A DNA stretch of 64,000 nt. Origin: Cyanophora paradoxa CCMP329 (Eukaryota > Plantae > Glaucophyta). The stretch spans positions 434,001-498,000 of the forward strand of contig QPMI01000428.1 of the NCBI GenBank assembly GCA_004431415.1, in the 5' to 3' direction. Made by a program: the position numbers and the translations under genes. The notes below the pieces were generated by a model. The model searched no databases and was not told where the DNA came from. It saw nothing but the letters and a program-made list of their open reading frames with translations. The number at the start of each line of letters is the position of its first letter. The stretch's first letter is position 1. Positions 49,712 to 59,302 of this stretch are shown piece by piece.

Positions 49712-52700
49712 ATGACAACGTTAACGCCTACGGGAGACGGGACCGCTTCCGGCCGATCCTCGCGCGAGCTCCAGCGGGAGCGCACCCTGAGCACAGCGAG
49801 CGAGGGCGGCTCGAGCGAGCGCCTCAGCTCCGCCCTGCGGATCTGCTTGTGCTGCCTATGCGAGAAGTCGAATCTATTCACGTTCGGTGCGCGGTCCGCG
49901 TGGGCACCAACCGGCGATCGCTTTCGCTCCGACCAACAATGCCGCGCAGGCGAGGCCTGGATCCCGAGCGGATTCGACTCCCTCAAGCTCAGCGATGCAT
50001 TCCACGTACATTCCCACAGCGATAAGGACTTCAAGAAGTGGCGAGAAGTCTCCAAGGCCATCAAGTTCCGCGTCGGTGGGCCGCGGCCTCGCCCGAGCGC
50101 GCATCGTGCGCCATTCTTCCCGACTGACGGCGTATGCGGCGGCCGGGCTCCGCCGCGCACAGACAAGGGCCTGCCCGGCCGGTGTTTGACCCGGGATGGC
50201 GGTGCGGCCCGCTTCGCCGGCCCCCGCCTCGGAGCCTCACCCCTCTGCTCGCGGCAGGTCCGGAATGGATTCGGGACGTGCGAACGGAGCCCCCCGACGT
50301 GCGCCGCTCCGCCCGGCCCGGCGCGGTTGCCCCCTCGGCGCTCGCTGACCGCGGCCGCCGCCGCGCCGCGCCCGCAGCGCTTCCTTCGCGGGGACGCCGC
50401 GCGCGAGATCGGGCTCGGAGCGGCGGTCTCCATTCCGATCTTCTCCGACACGTTCAACCGCTCTGGGACCATCGTCGCGATCCTGTGCCTCTTCGCGGAG
50501 CGCGCCGCGGATCCCGACACGGAGCTGCAGGACGATCTTCTCTCTCTCGTGACCGCGATGCTCGCCACGGAATGGTTCAGGTCGACCTTCGTCGACGTAC
50601 CCGGCATGTTCCCCCTCTCGACCCCCATGCAGGCGCGCCCCGTCTCTCCCTTTCTTCTCGTTTCTCTTGTACCCGGCCTCGCTCACGCCCCCCTTCGTCG
50701 CTCAGCAACTGAGCCTGCAGGGGGCGTCCCACGGCCCGCCCGACAGCCGCCCGGCCCCGTCCAACTTCCCCCTGGAAGGCCCAGGCCCCGCCCACCCGCC
50801 CACGACCACCCCAGACAAACCGCGCGTCCTCATCGTCAGCCGCCGTCTCTTCCGGAAAGGGAAGTGGGTCGACTTCGTGGTTCGCGTACCCCCATTCGTC
50901 CCCCCCCCCCGCATCCTTCCTCGTCCTTACCCGCCACAGGGTGAGTACCACCTGGATTTGATCTTCCGCTTCGGCGCTGTACCCGTCGTGGTTCCCCGCG
51001 TGGCGGGTACGCTCGACAACATCGACCGGTACGAGCCGATGCACGGGCTCCTCATGTGCGCAGTAGCCCTCTCTCTCCCCTTTTCCTTCCTTTTCCTTCC
51101 TTTTCGTTTCTTGCTCCTACTCCTACGCCCCCTCCCCCTACCCCCCCTCACTTCTTCCCCCCCCCCCCGCCAGGATCGAGGGGGAGGACATCGATCCGAA
51201 GTTCTTCGCGTCGACGTCGTATGACACCCTTTCGCCGCACGCCAAGGCCAAGATGGGCGAGGTGCGCCCTTCCCCCCCCCCCCCCCCCCCCCCCCCCCCC
51301 GTTTCCTAAGCCTAAACCTGTACTGCGCCCCTCTGACCCTTGTCCTCTCCTCTCCTCTCCTTTCCTTTCCTTTTCAGATCCACAAGGCGGACATGGAGAC
51401 GGACAGCATCAAGGACGAGATCGAGATGGAGCTCTCCCGCCGCTGCCTCATGCGCGGCGTGCGCCCCGCCCCCGCCTTTGCCCCCGCCCCCGCCCTCCCG
51501 CTCCGCTCCGCTCCACCCATCCCGCTAGGACCCCTTCCGCCCCAGCTGCGGCGCCTCGGAGCCCCAGCCCGGCTCCGAGCGGGCGGCGTCGGGCCCCCGC
51601 CCCGCCCCCGCCCTCCCGCCCATCCGCTAGGTCCCGTTCCGCCCCCGCTCTAGGCATTGTTTCCCCAGCAGCGGGCCCCGCCGCCCCGCTCCTGCTCCCC
51701 CGCCCAGCTCCGACCCCAAGCCTCCCAAGCTCTAGACCCCGCTTGCGCCCCGGCGCTGCCTCGTGCGGCGCCCCTCCGCCCGCCGCCCGCCGCCCGCCGC
51801 CCGCCGCCCGCCGCCGCCCCGCCCCGCCCGCCCGCCCCTTGCTCGCCTTAGAACACGGCCGCACACGCCGCGGCGCCGCCGGCCCCAGCAGCCCCCTCCT
51901 GCCCGCCTCCCCCCCCCCCCCCCCCCCCCCTTCCCTCGGCTCACGGGGAGCCCGGCAGGCGCCGATCTTCGGGATCTGCCGGGGGTGCCAGCTCCTCAAC
52001 CACATCTGCGGCGGCTCCCTCTACCAGGTCCGAGCCTCCGCCCGCCCCTAGGGCTTAGGAGGACGTAAAGATTTATCATGGGGGGCTTGTCTTGGGGGGC
52101 TTTGCGCCCAGGAGGACGTCCTCCCCCCGGGCTCTAGTTCTCTCGTTCTAGTTATATTCCTCTAGTTATATTAGAGCCTCCACTCCTAGGGCTCAGGAGG
52201 GCGTAAAGATTTATCTATCCCGGCTTCCCGCCCGCTTCGAGAGCTGGGGGCGCCACCGCTTCTAGAACGGAAGCCCGCCTAGCGCCTCCGCCACGCCCCG
52301 CTCCTAGCTGGGCTTAGCGCGTCGCGTACCCGTCGCGAGCGCCGCAGCTTGGCCCGCTTGGCCCCCTCCCCTGACGCCGCCTTCCCCCCCCCCCCCCCCC
52401 TTTTTTCCTTCCGCAGGACGTGATGCTCCAGAAGGGCTCCACTCTCTCCCACATCGATTGCGCGTACCCCGCCCCCCCCCACCCCCTTCGCCCGCCTTCT
52501 CGTTCGTACCCCTCTGATCCTTCCTCACCCCGCTCCCCACGCCCCCGCAGACGCGAACTACGACGGGTACCGGCACCCGATCCGCATCGAGCGGAACACC
52601 CCCCTCTTCGACTGGTTCGGTGCGCCCTCTCCGTCCCCTTCCTCCCTCCCCCTCCCACTCCTACTCCCTCTCCCCCCCCCCAACCCCAACCCCAACCCCA

Positions 52701-53692
52701 ACCCACCGGCTCCTCCTCTCCTCCTCCTCCTCGGTCCCCAGGCCCTCGCCCTCGGGGGAATGATGGCGCTGCCTTGGCTTGACGGCACGCGGCCCGGCCC
52801 CCGCCCCCGCCCCCGCAGGTCAGGAGCACCTGATGGTCAACTCGTACCACCACCAGGTACTCCTCCCCGCCCCGCCCCGCCCCGTGCCCTTTCCCTCCGG
52901 CGCCCCGGCGCACAACCCTCGGCTATAGCGCCAGCCAGCACCCCGCCCCTAGCGCGGAGCCTCGTTCTGAGCGCGCACCCCGGACCTGACCTCGTACCCC
53001 CCAGGGCGTCAAGCGCCTCGCGCCGAGCTTCAAGCCCATGGCCTTCGCCCCCGATGGTGCCCCATTCCCCCTCTCCCCCCCCCCCCCCCTCTTCCTTCCC
53101 ACTCTCCCCCCCTTCCTCCCGTCGCCCCTCACGTCCGTTCCCCCCCCCCCTCCATTCCCCCCCGCAGGGCTCATCGAGGGCTTCTACGACCCCAACCACC
53201 CCTTCCGCATCGGCCTCCAGTTCCACCCGGGTACGTACCCCTCCCGTCCTCCTCCCCTATCCCCCCCCTCATCACCCCCCCCCCGCAGAGCGTATGATGA
53301 GCGAGCACCCGGGCTGCGCGCGGCCCTTCCAGGCCTTCGTCAACGCCACCAAGAGCTACATGGTCAAGGTGCGCCTAGCTAGGCTCATAATATATAACAC
53401 GATGAATAGATAATCTTGATCTAGACAAGCTATAGCTCCGCTCCCGAGCACCGTGTCCAGCATCGATTGCATTTGATAAAGAGCTGGAAGCATGCTAGCC
53501 CAGATCCTGCCGTCCTTTCGCCCCGCTCCCAATCCTCGAAGATATAGCGCAGCTGAGCGCCCTGCCGCCCTCGTTCTTCGCTCGCAGGTGGCGTCCGTGG
53601 GCGTGCACACGACGCACTTCCGCCCCGCGGCGAGGCTCGGGCCGGTCGGGGACCGCCTCATAGGCTCCGAGTCCTTGTCGCCCAAGCAGTGA
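49712..53692 (+). CDS. GAF domain fused to class I glutamine amidotransferase (peptidase C26; plant GAT1_2.1-like)
   Basis: GAF: GEAWIP...[19 protein letters not shown]...PEWIRDV...[22 protein letters not shown]...[11 protein letters not shown]: [20 protein letters not shown]|[48 protein letters not shown]|GVKRLA, GLQFHP|ERM (Cys-His-Glu triad). An in-frame linker exon (50706-50879) joins the two. Confidence 0.88.
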
Positions 53693-54662
53693 ATGTGAGT
53701 CACTGAACTCGGTCAGTTAGTGGGCCAGTGGCTCGCGCCGCGTTGTTTCAGCCGTTTTCGGCTTCTTTTTGGCAGCCCCGTTGTACCCTATCCGTATCAG
53801 TATTATTCGTAGTTTCTACAATGCAGACAGACAGCTTTTGGAGATCCCCGTTTTACAGGCGCAGGATGTCGCCAGACCAGTTTTGTTGCTACTACGTATA
53901 CTCCTAAAGACCGATCCCGGAGTCTGCACCTCCCAAGTTGTAAACAACGGAAGTTTTGGCCTCGGAGCGCGGCCTTCCCTGTTAGATTTAATTAGGCCCT
54001 GCCGCGTGCCACAGTGGCCCTGTAGTTCCTCAGAGTCTGGGTGGTTTTGACCTGTAACGTTAGCTATAGCTATAGGTCCTAATTCTTCTGAATGCCCGGT
54101 CGTCGATTCTCTGGGGTCTCCTCATGTCTTTTAGCTCTCGCTGAATGTACACTTGTACTCGCTAGAAGCAGGCGCGCGTGTTATTCGTTCACCACGAAAT
54201 TTGGAGAATTGAGGCTTATCATTCGATCGAGAGGCCCGGCCCTGACTTGCAAACCCCCCCCTCCCTGCCTGGCCGGACCTATCCGAGCAACTTTTTTTTG
54301 TAAACCCCCCCCCCCCCCCCCCCCCCGAGCTCTGGGCTAGAGAAGGGGGAGAAGCAACTCGAATTTGAAGACTCGAGCTCGCGCGATCGATCGAGCTAGT
54401 GTCGAGAACTAAGGGGGATCCGGACGTACGTACGTATACGTACTGGAATCGGAATTCGATCGAAGGGGATCGGGCCAAGGCCGGATTACGTACGCGCAAT
54501 GATCGAAATCGAAAGCTAGGGGAATGTTTTAAAGAAGGAGACGGATCGAAGGTGACATATTTTTTTGCAATCGCGGGAGCCTTTCAAGTTTTCTCCTCTA
54601 GATCTCGCGATCGGGACTCCACAAGCAGTTCTCAGTCACAGGGCCTGCGGTCGAGATAAATC

Positions 54663-55980
54663 ATGCCGGGGGGCGACACAGGTGACGCCAGCGACACGAG
54701 CCGCGACCTAGGTAAGAAATACACGCGAAATTTCGTGAGCTCGAGGATTTCGCGCACTCATTCTTCGCCAGACTTCGTCGACGCTACCTCGGGGGCCCGC
54801 GAAAGTGCGCATCAGGATGTCGGCGCACTCCCCTCCACGCTTCGAATTCTGGGCTCTCGCGGCGGTGGCCAAGGTGTGCAATTGCAAGAAGGCGCTCTCG
54901 CCCAAGAACTAATTCGCGCCCTCGCCCTCGCCCTCGCCCATGGCCAGCGCTGTTCGCGATGGTGCTGTCCATCGCCATCGTGTACTTGGCCACGGGCTAT
55001 CAGGCGGCGATCCAGGCCAAGTCGGTCAGCCGACGGACGTCGACTGATGTCGACGTCGTTTCTTCGATCTTGCTAGCTGCAGCTGATCTTCGAGGCTTCA
55101 CGCACAGATAGAGCAGGCCGCTGATTTCAAGGAGCTGGCCCGGGCGGTGCACATGCTCATGCACGATAACGAGTAACGTTAACGATTGAGGCGAGGGGCT
55201 TGCAGATTACGACCGTCGCGGAGCGTGCAGCTGCCTCCGAAAGCAAATTAGTCGAGGAGCGCGCAGCTGCCTCCGCCACCGCGGAGCGCGCAGCTGCCTC
55301 CGAGGCCAAAAATCGCGCGCTAAACGTGAGTACGCTAATATTTCCTTCTATACATCTATTTCCGCGCGATAAATATACATCTATTTCCTTTCGCCGCATA
55401 TGCATACCCGATTTGCAAGCTCGAATAGGAATCGATATGATTTTCCCCTACATTAAATTTGCCTTCGCGCGCGCGCAGGAAAGCCTCCACACTGCCAAGC
55501 AGGAAATAGAGGCGCAGAAGAAGCGTGCGGAGAACGCAGAGGCAGATCTTGCGGTGCGGTAAAATATCGAATTCGCATCCCTTCTAATTTCTTGAAGTCT
55601 TTGTTCTAATTATATATATAATCGTGAGCTTTGTCCCATGATCAGGCTGCCAGTCGGGAGATTCAAGTCGGTCCTGGCCCCGGGGCGAAGATCATAGACG
55701 CCGTGCGACGTGCCGTGCCGGGCCAAACCATCCGGCTCGCCCCAGGCCGGTGCGTCATGATTAGATACATATGCGCTTGCAGTTCGTGCAGATATCGATG
55801 CGCAGCACGCGCAGGTATTATTTGAAAGAAACCTTGATTTTGGACAAGGATGTCCGCATCGTTGGGACGCGGGAAGCCGTGCTGGAGTGGGATAAGGACG
55901 CATCTATTCAGACCTATGGCGCCATTCTCTGCACAGGCCCTGCATCGCCACGCCTGGAAGGACTCACCGCTCGCATGGGG
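54663..55980 (+). CDS. Coiled-coil plus right-handed beta-helix (pectin-lyase/CASH-like) protein, truncated in this window by the AT-rich insertion
   Basis: Exons with ERAAAS x3 and ESLHTAKQEIEAQKKRAENAEADLA, then IIDAVRRAVPGQTIRLAPGR|YYLKETLILDKDVRIVG...ILCTGPASPRLEGLT (typical beta-helix cap). Composition changes immediately after 55980. Confidence 0.68.
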
Positions 55981-56304
55981 GTGAGCCCCACCAATTGTGC
56001 GACCTTCCCGCGACCATTTTCAATAAGCACATTTTCAGCATCACGAATCTCAGTCACAAAATCACAAATTCGCACTGAGCCACACTGTATTTTTCAAACA
56101 TCTAACCCCTCCTTACTGAAACCAATCACAAAAACCTACATATAATCTTTTCTCTAATTCCTTACCATTCCCAGTAAGCCCTTAAACCCTCCCTCGATTT
56201 CTCAGTAAGGACAGTAAGACCCCTATTTTTACGAAATGTTCCCGATCGTTTCCGGACTGTTTTCAGTTAGCCAAATTGAAAAATCAAGGTGAGCCCCACC
56301 AATT
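55980..56304. repeat. 17-bp direct repeat GGTGAGCCCCACCAATT at the junction (55980-55996) and 308 bp inside (56288-56304)
   Basis: Exact match read from the sequence. Confidence 0.95.
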
Positions 56305-56351
56305 AAACAAGTGATCCCCACTTAAAGACTTCCCGATAATATACTGTAACA

Positions 56352-56675
56352 ATGGCAAGCGATCAAGTAACTCTACCTGAGAGTAAGCAATGCAATGTAT
56401 GCAACAAGGTAAAACCGGCATCGAGTTATACATTGCAAAAGGGTAGCTCAGGAAGTATACTTTTGAATTGGAGATGCAAAGTCTGCGAACGTGACTATCG
56501 CAATTACCTTTATCATTTCGTGTTAAAAACGCGTCCGAAGATCGAAGTACAATCGAAGATATGCTCGCACTGCAAGATTGAGAAGCCTGCAAGCGAGTAT
56601 AATAAAAAACAAAGCACAAAGGATGGTCTCTACTATCAATGCCGAGAATGTTATAGTAAAACTCGTAAGAGTTAA
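56352..56675 (+). CDS. Small viral protein with two CxxC...CxxC zinc-ribbon modules
   Basis: KQCNVCNKVKPASSY...WRCKVC and KICSHCKIEKPASEYNKKQSTKDGLYYQCREC; this module type is common at the N-terminus of phage/NCLDV HNH-type proteins. No nuclease domain here. Confidence 0.75.
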   Translation: MASDQVTLPESKQCNVCNKVKPASSYTLQKGSSGSILLNWRCKVCERDYRNYLYHFVLKTRPKIEVQSKICSHCKIEKPASEYNKKQSTKDGLYYQCRECYSKTRKS

Positions 56676-56892
56676 AACCGAATTTCATTTTATATTTTTT
56701 AAAGCGAGTTTGTGCATGAGCAAGCATGCCGAAAATGCCCACCTGCACAAACTTGCGCACCCCATCGACAAAGTACGATGATCGACGAAGTACGACGATA
56801 GACCACGTTAAAATAAACTCGCGCCCCGCCCACTATGCAAGATACATGCCTTTCTTATGCATGATCTATGTAAAAACAATTATTTCAATGCC

Positions 56893-57156
56893 TCATTCCT
56901 CAGCAACTGTATTATACTCGATGCCTTTCTTTACGGTTCCCCTTTGGAATGCCTGTAATACAATGGCTTCCTTTGAGGTTGGTATTTGAACTCCTGATGA
57001 GATGCAAGATTGAATTTCTTTTTGAACAATATCATCGATTGCGATTCTTGCCCTATTGTGAACCACATTATCAATCCAATCCTGAACGGATAAAGCGCAA
57101 TACTCCATTCCCAACTTCTCAATATCAGATAGAACTACTTGGTATATATTTGACAT
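56893..57156 (-). CDS. 87-aa phage-like protein, possible fibre-associated or chaperone protein
   Basis: MEYCALSVQDWIDNVVHNRARIAIDDIV...IPTSKEAIVLQAFQRGTVK. From memory it resembles small aquatic-phage proteins encoded after C1q-domain fibres (unverified). It lies 21 bp downstream of the C1q gene. Confidence 0.65.
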   Translation of the reverse strand: MSNIYQVVLSDIEKLGMEYCALSVQDWIDNVVHNRARIAIDDIVQKEIQSCISSGVQIPTSKEAIVLQAFQRGTVKKGIEYNTVAEE

Positions 57157-57177
57157 CTCTACTTAATAGAGAGAAAA

Positions 57178-58197
57178 TTATGTGATACTTAGAAGTTCAC
57201 CTGTGAAAAGTGTTCTACTTGAATAACTACCTGTGGAACCTGTGACAAGTGTTACATACTCACCAGCAGGAACATTGATAATTGCACTGAGAGTAAGAGG
57301 TTTTGTTGTGATAGTGGAATTAGCTTCTACTGAAATGTTAACTCCATTGGGTAAAAGATTATTTTTCAGAAAACTAAGACTTATTGCAGCACTTGTTGTT
57401 GAATTGGTATATGCTGTAAATCTATAATCACCTGCAACAGGAGCTGTAAACCTTCCATTAGTAACATCGAATGACCCTGTATTATTTATCAAAACGGTTG
57501 TCCAATTGATCAGAGCGGCTGCACTTGTAGCAACATGAGTATATCCAAGTTGAACAGAAAATCGTGGCTGAGAAACATATTTTAAATAGCTTGAATTCAG
57601 AGTCAAACGATTGGCTTCCAGTGTTGCAAAAAGATCACTGTTACGTTTTAACAGCAGATTAACATCTGCTCCTGTATCTATTTCAGGAGTGACCACCTTG
57701 GTTGATGCTGTTATTATTGATTCTGTGGAATTGGGAATACTAATTCCAGCATTTGCTGTTACCAATCCTGTAAATGTGCTTGTTCCTGTTATGCTTACTT
57801 GATTGGCTGTAAGGGTTCCATCAATCCTTGCCCCATCTCCAATATAAGCGCCTCCACTTCTTACTACAAGAGCTGAGTTATTGATGGTGTTGTCAAAGGT
57901 AACAATCTTTGGTGTGGTGAACCCTCCCACATCATCATAAATTGCTGAATCTGATACAATCTGACCTGATTGAACTTGGTTCTTGTTTGAGACTATTAGA
58001 CCTGTGGTTCTCACCTTGCCTGCATTTCGATCACATCGAATTTCTTTGCATCTGATCACAGAATGTTGAGAGAATGAATCGGCTCCTGTGGTCTCTGTGC
58101 AAATGAAACCTGGGGTAGCATCTGTTACTGTATGGTTGAGTTGATGCAATTTCGGCGCTGCATAACAGAAAACAGGAACAGCTATTTGTGTAGACAT
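57178..58197 (-). CDS. Fibre/spike protein with C-terminal C1q/TNF-like head (paralogue 1)
   Basis: C1q signature QPRFSV...INWTTVLINNTGSFDVTNGRFTAPVAGDYRF...LSAIINVPAGEYV...FTGELL; shaft motif ALVVRSGGAYIG. Confidence 0.85.
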   Translation of the reverse strand: MSTQIAVPVFCYAAPKLHQLNHTVTDATPGFICTETTGADSFSQHSVIRCKEIRCDRNAGKVRTTGLIVSNKNQVQSGQIVSDSAIYDDVGGFTTPKIVTFDNTINNSALVVRSGGAYIGDGARIDGTLTANQVSITGTSTFTGLVTANAGISIPNSTESIITASTKVVTPEIDTGADVNLLLKRNSDLFATLEANRLTLNSSYLKYVSQPRFSVQLGYTHVATSAAALINWTTVLINNTGSFDVTNGRFTAPVAGDYRFTAYTNSTTSAAISLSFLKNNLLPNGVNISVEANSTITTKPLTLSAIINVPAGEYVTLVTGSTGSYSSRTLFTGELLSIT

Positions 58198-58219
58198 TCT
58201 TTATATTATACAAACAATA

Positions 58220-59283
58220 TTATGTAGCACTTACCAGGTAAACCAACAAGATGTGATTGCTTGGAAAGTCAATACTACCTAACATACAGTAAATTTGAAG
58301 ACTGTCTCCCATGGTGAGGGTAATAAGAGCTTCGTAGCACATCTGATTCCTGCTTGATTGACTTGCATATGAAAGAATCTGATTTGTATTGTTTCCGTTT
58401 ATTCTTAGTCCAATCTGGGTCAAGGAGGCAGTTGCAGTATTGTCTTCCGTAATTGTAAAATAGACCCTATAAACTCCTGAAACAGGGCTGTAAATGTTGC
58501 TGGATACAGTTTGTCAAAATGACCCTCATTATTCACAAGATATGTTCCAACTGGAAAAGGAAGTGTTGGGGTGCCGGAACTAACACTTGTTCCAAAAATC
58601 TGAGCGTTTGCTTGTTGTCCTGAAATACACATTCTTGGGCAATAGCTGCGTTTAAGACCACTGTTTGTTGGAAATGTGATTGCTTTCAGATCTGTTATTG
58701 TCTTTTCGAGAGTGAAAATGATATCTCCGTTTCGTTTATAATTCACATTTGCATCTGTCCCATTATCCATCTCAGGTGCATTAACTCTTGTAGTAGCTAT
58801 TCGAGTAACATAGTTAACATCTCCTGAGAGACCACCATTAAAGGTCATCAATCCTGTGAATACACTTGTCCCACTCACATTTAATTGGTTTGCTGTAACA
58901 GTTCCTGCTACATTTGCTCCATCTCCAATGTAGGCTCCTCCACTCTTGACTACAACAGCAGAATTATTACTTGTGTTACCAAAAGTAACTATCTGAGCTG
59001 TGGTAAATCCACCCACATTATCATATATTGCCGAGTCTGAAACCACTTGACCTGCTTGAACTTGATTTTTATTCGAGATTATAATTCCTGTGGTTCTTAT
59101 CTTGCCTCCATTGCGATCACATCGAATCTCTTTGACTCTGAGTATATTATTCTCTGTGAAAGAGGTATTACTTGAAGTTTCAGTGCAAATAAACCCGGGT
59201 GTAGAATCAACTACTTCATGAGAGGTGCTGTGTAGTGATTTTGCTGCAAGTTCATAGTTTGGGATTTCTAATAGAGAGGTCAT
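58220..59283 (-). CDS. Fibre/spike protein with C1q-like head (paralogue 2); one frameshift at ~58486
   Basis: N-terminal ~150 aa closely match paralogue 1 (PGFICTET, KEIRCDRN.GK.RTTG, SNKNQVQ.GQ.VSDSAIYD.VGGFTT). Adding one base to the GGG at 58485-58487 restores FTAPVSGVYRVYF and joins ORF 58220-58423. Confidence 0.82.
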
Positions 59284-59302
59284 CTTTATATTAATCAAAT
59301 AG

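Noticed and set aside
53700-54060. Lower-GC patch after the GAT gene as a possible MITE
   Set aside because: No convincing TIR or TSD found by eye.
1-55980. Hundreds of Arg/Pro/Gly/Ala-rich ORFs in the track, e.g. 39980-41208 and 15392-16042
   Set aside because: Shadow ORFs from very high GC and intron read-through; no motifs.
56284-56760. 158-aa minus-strand ORF and other antisense ORFs in the viral block
   Set aside because: Antisense to the better-supported zinc-ribbon and fibre genes; no recognisable motifs.
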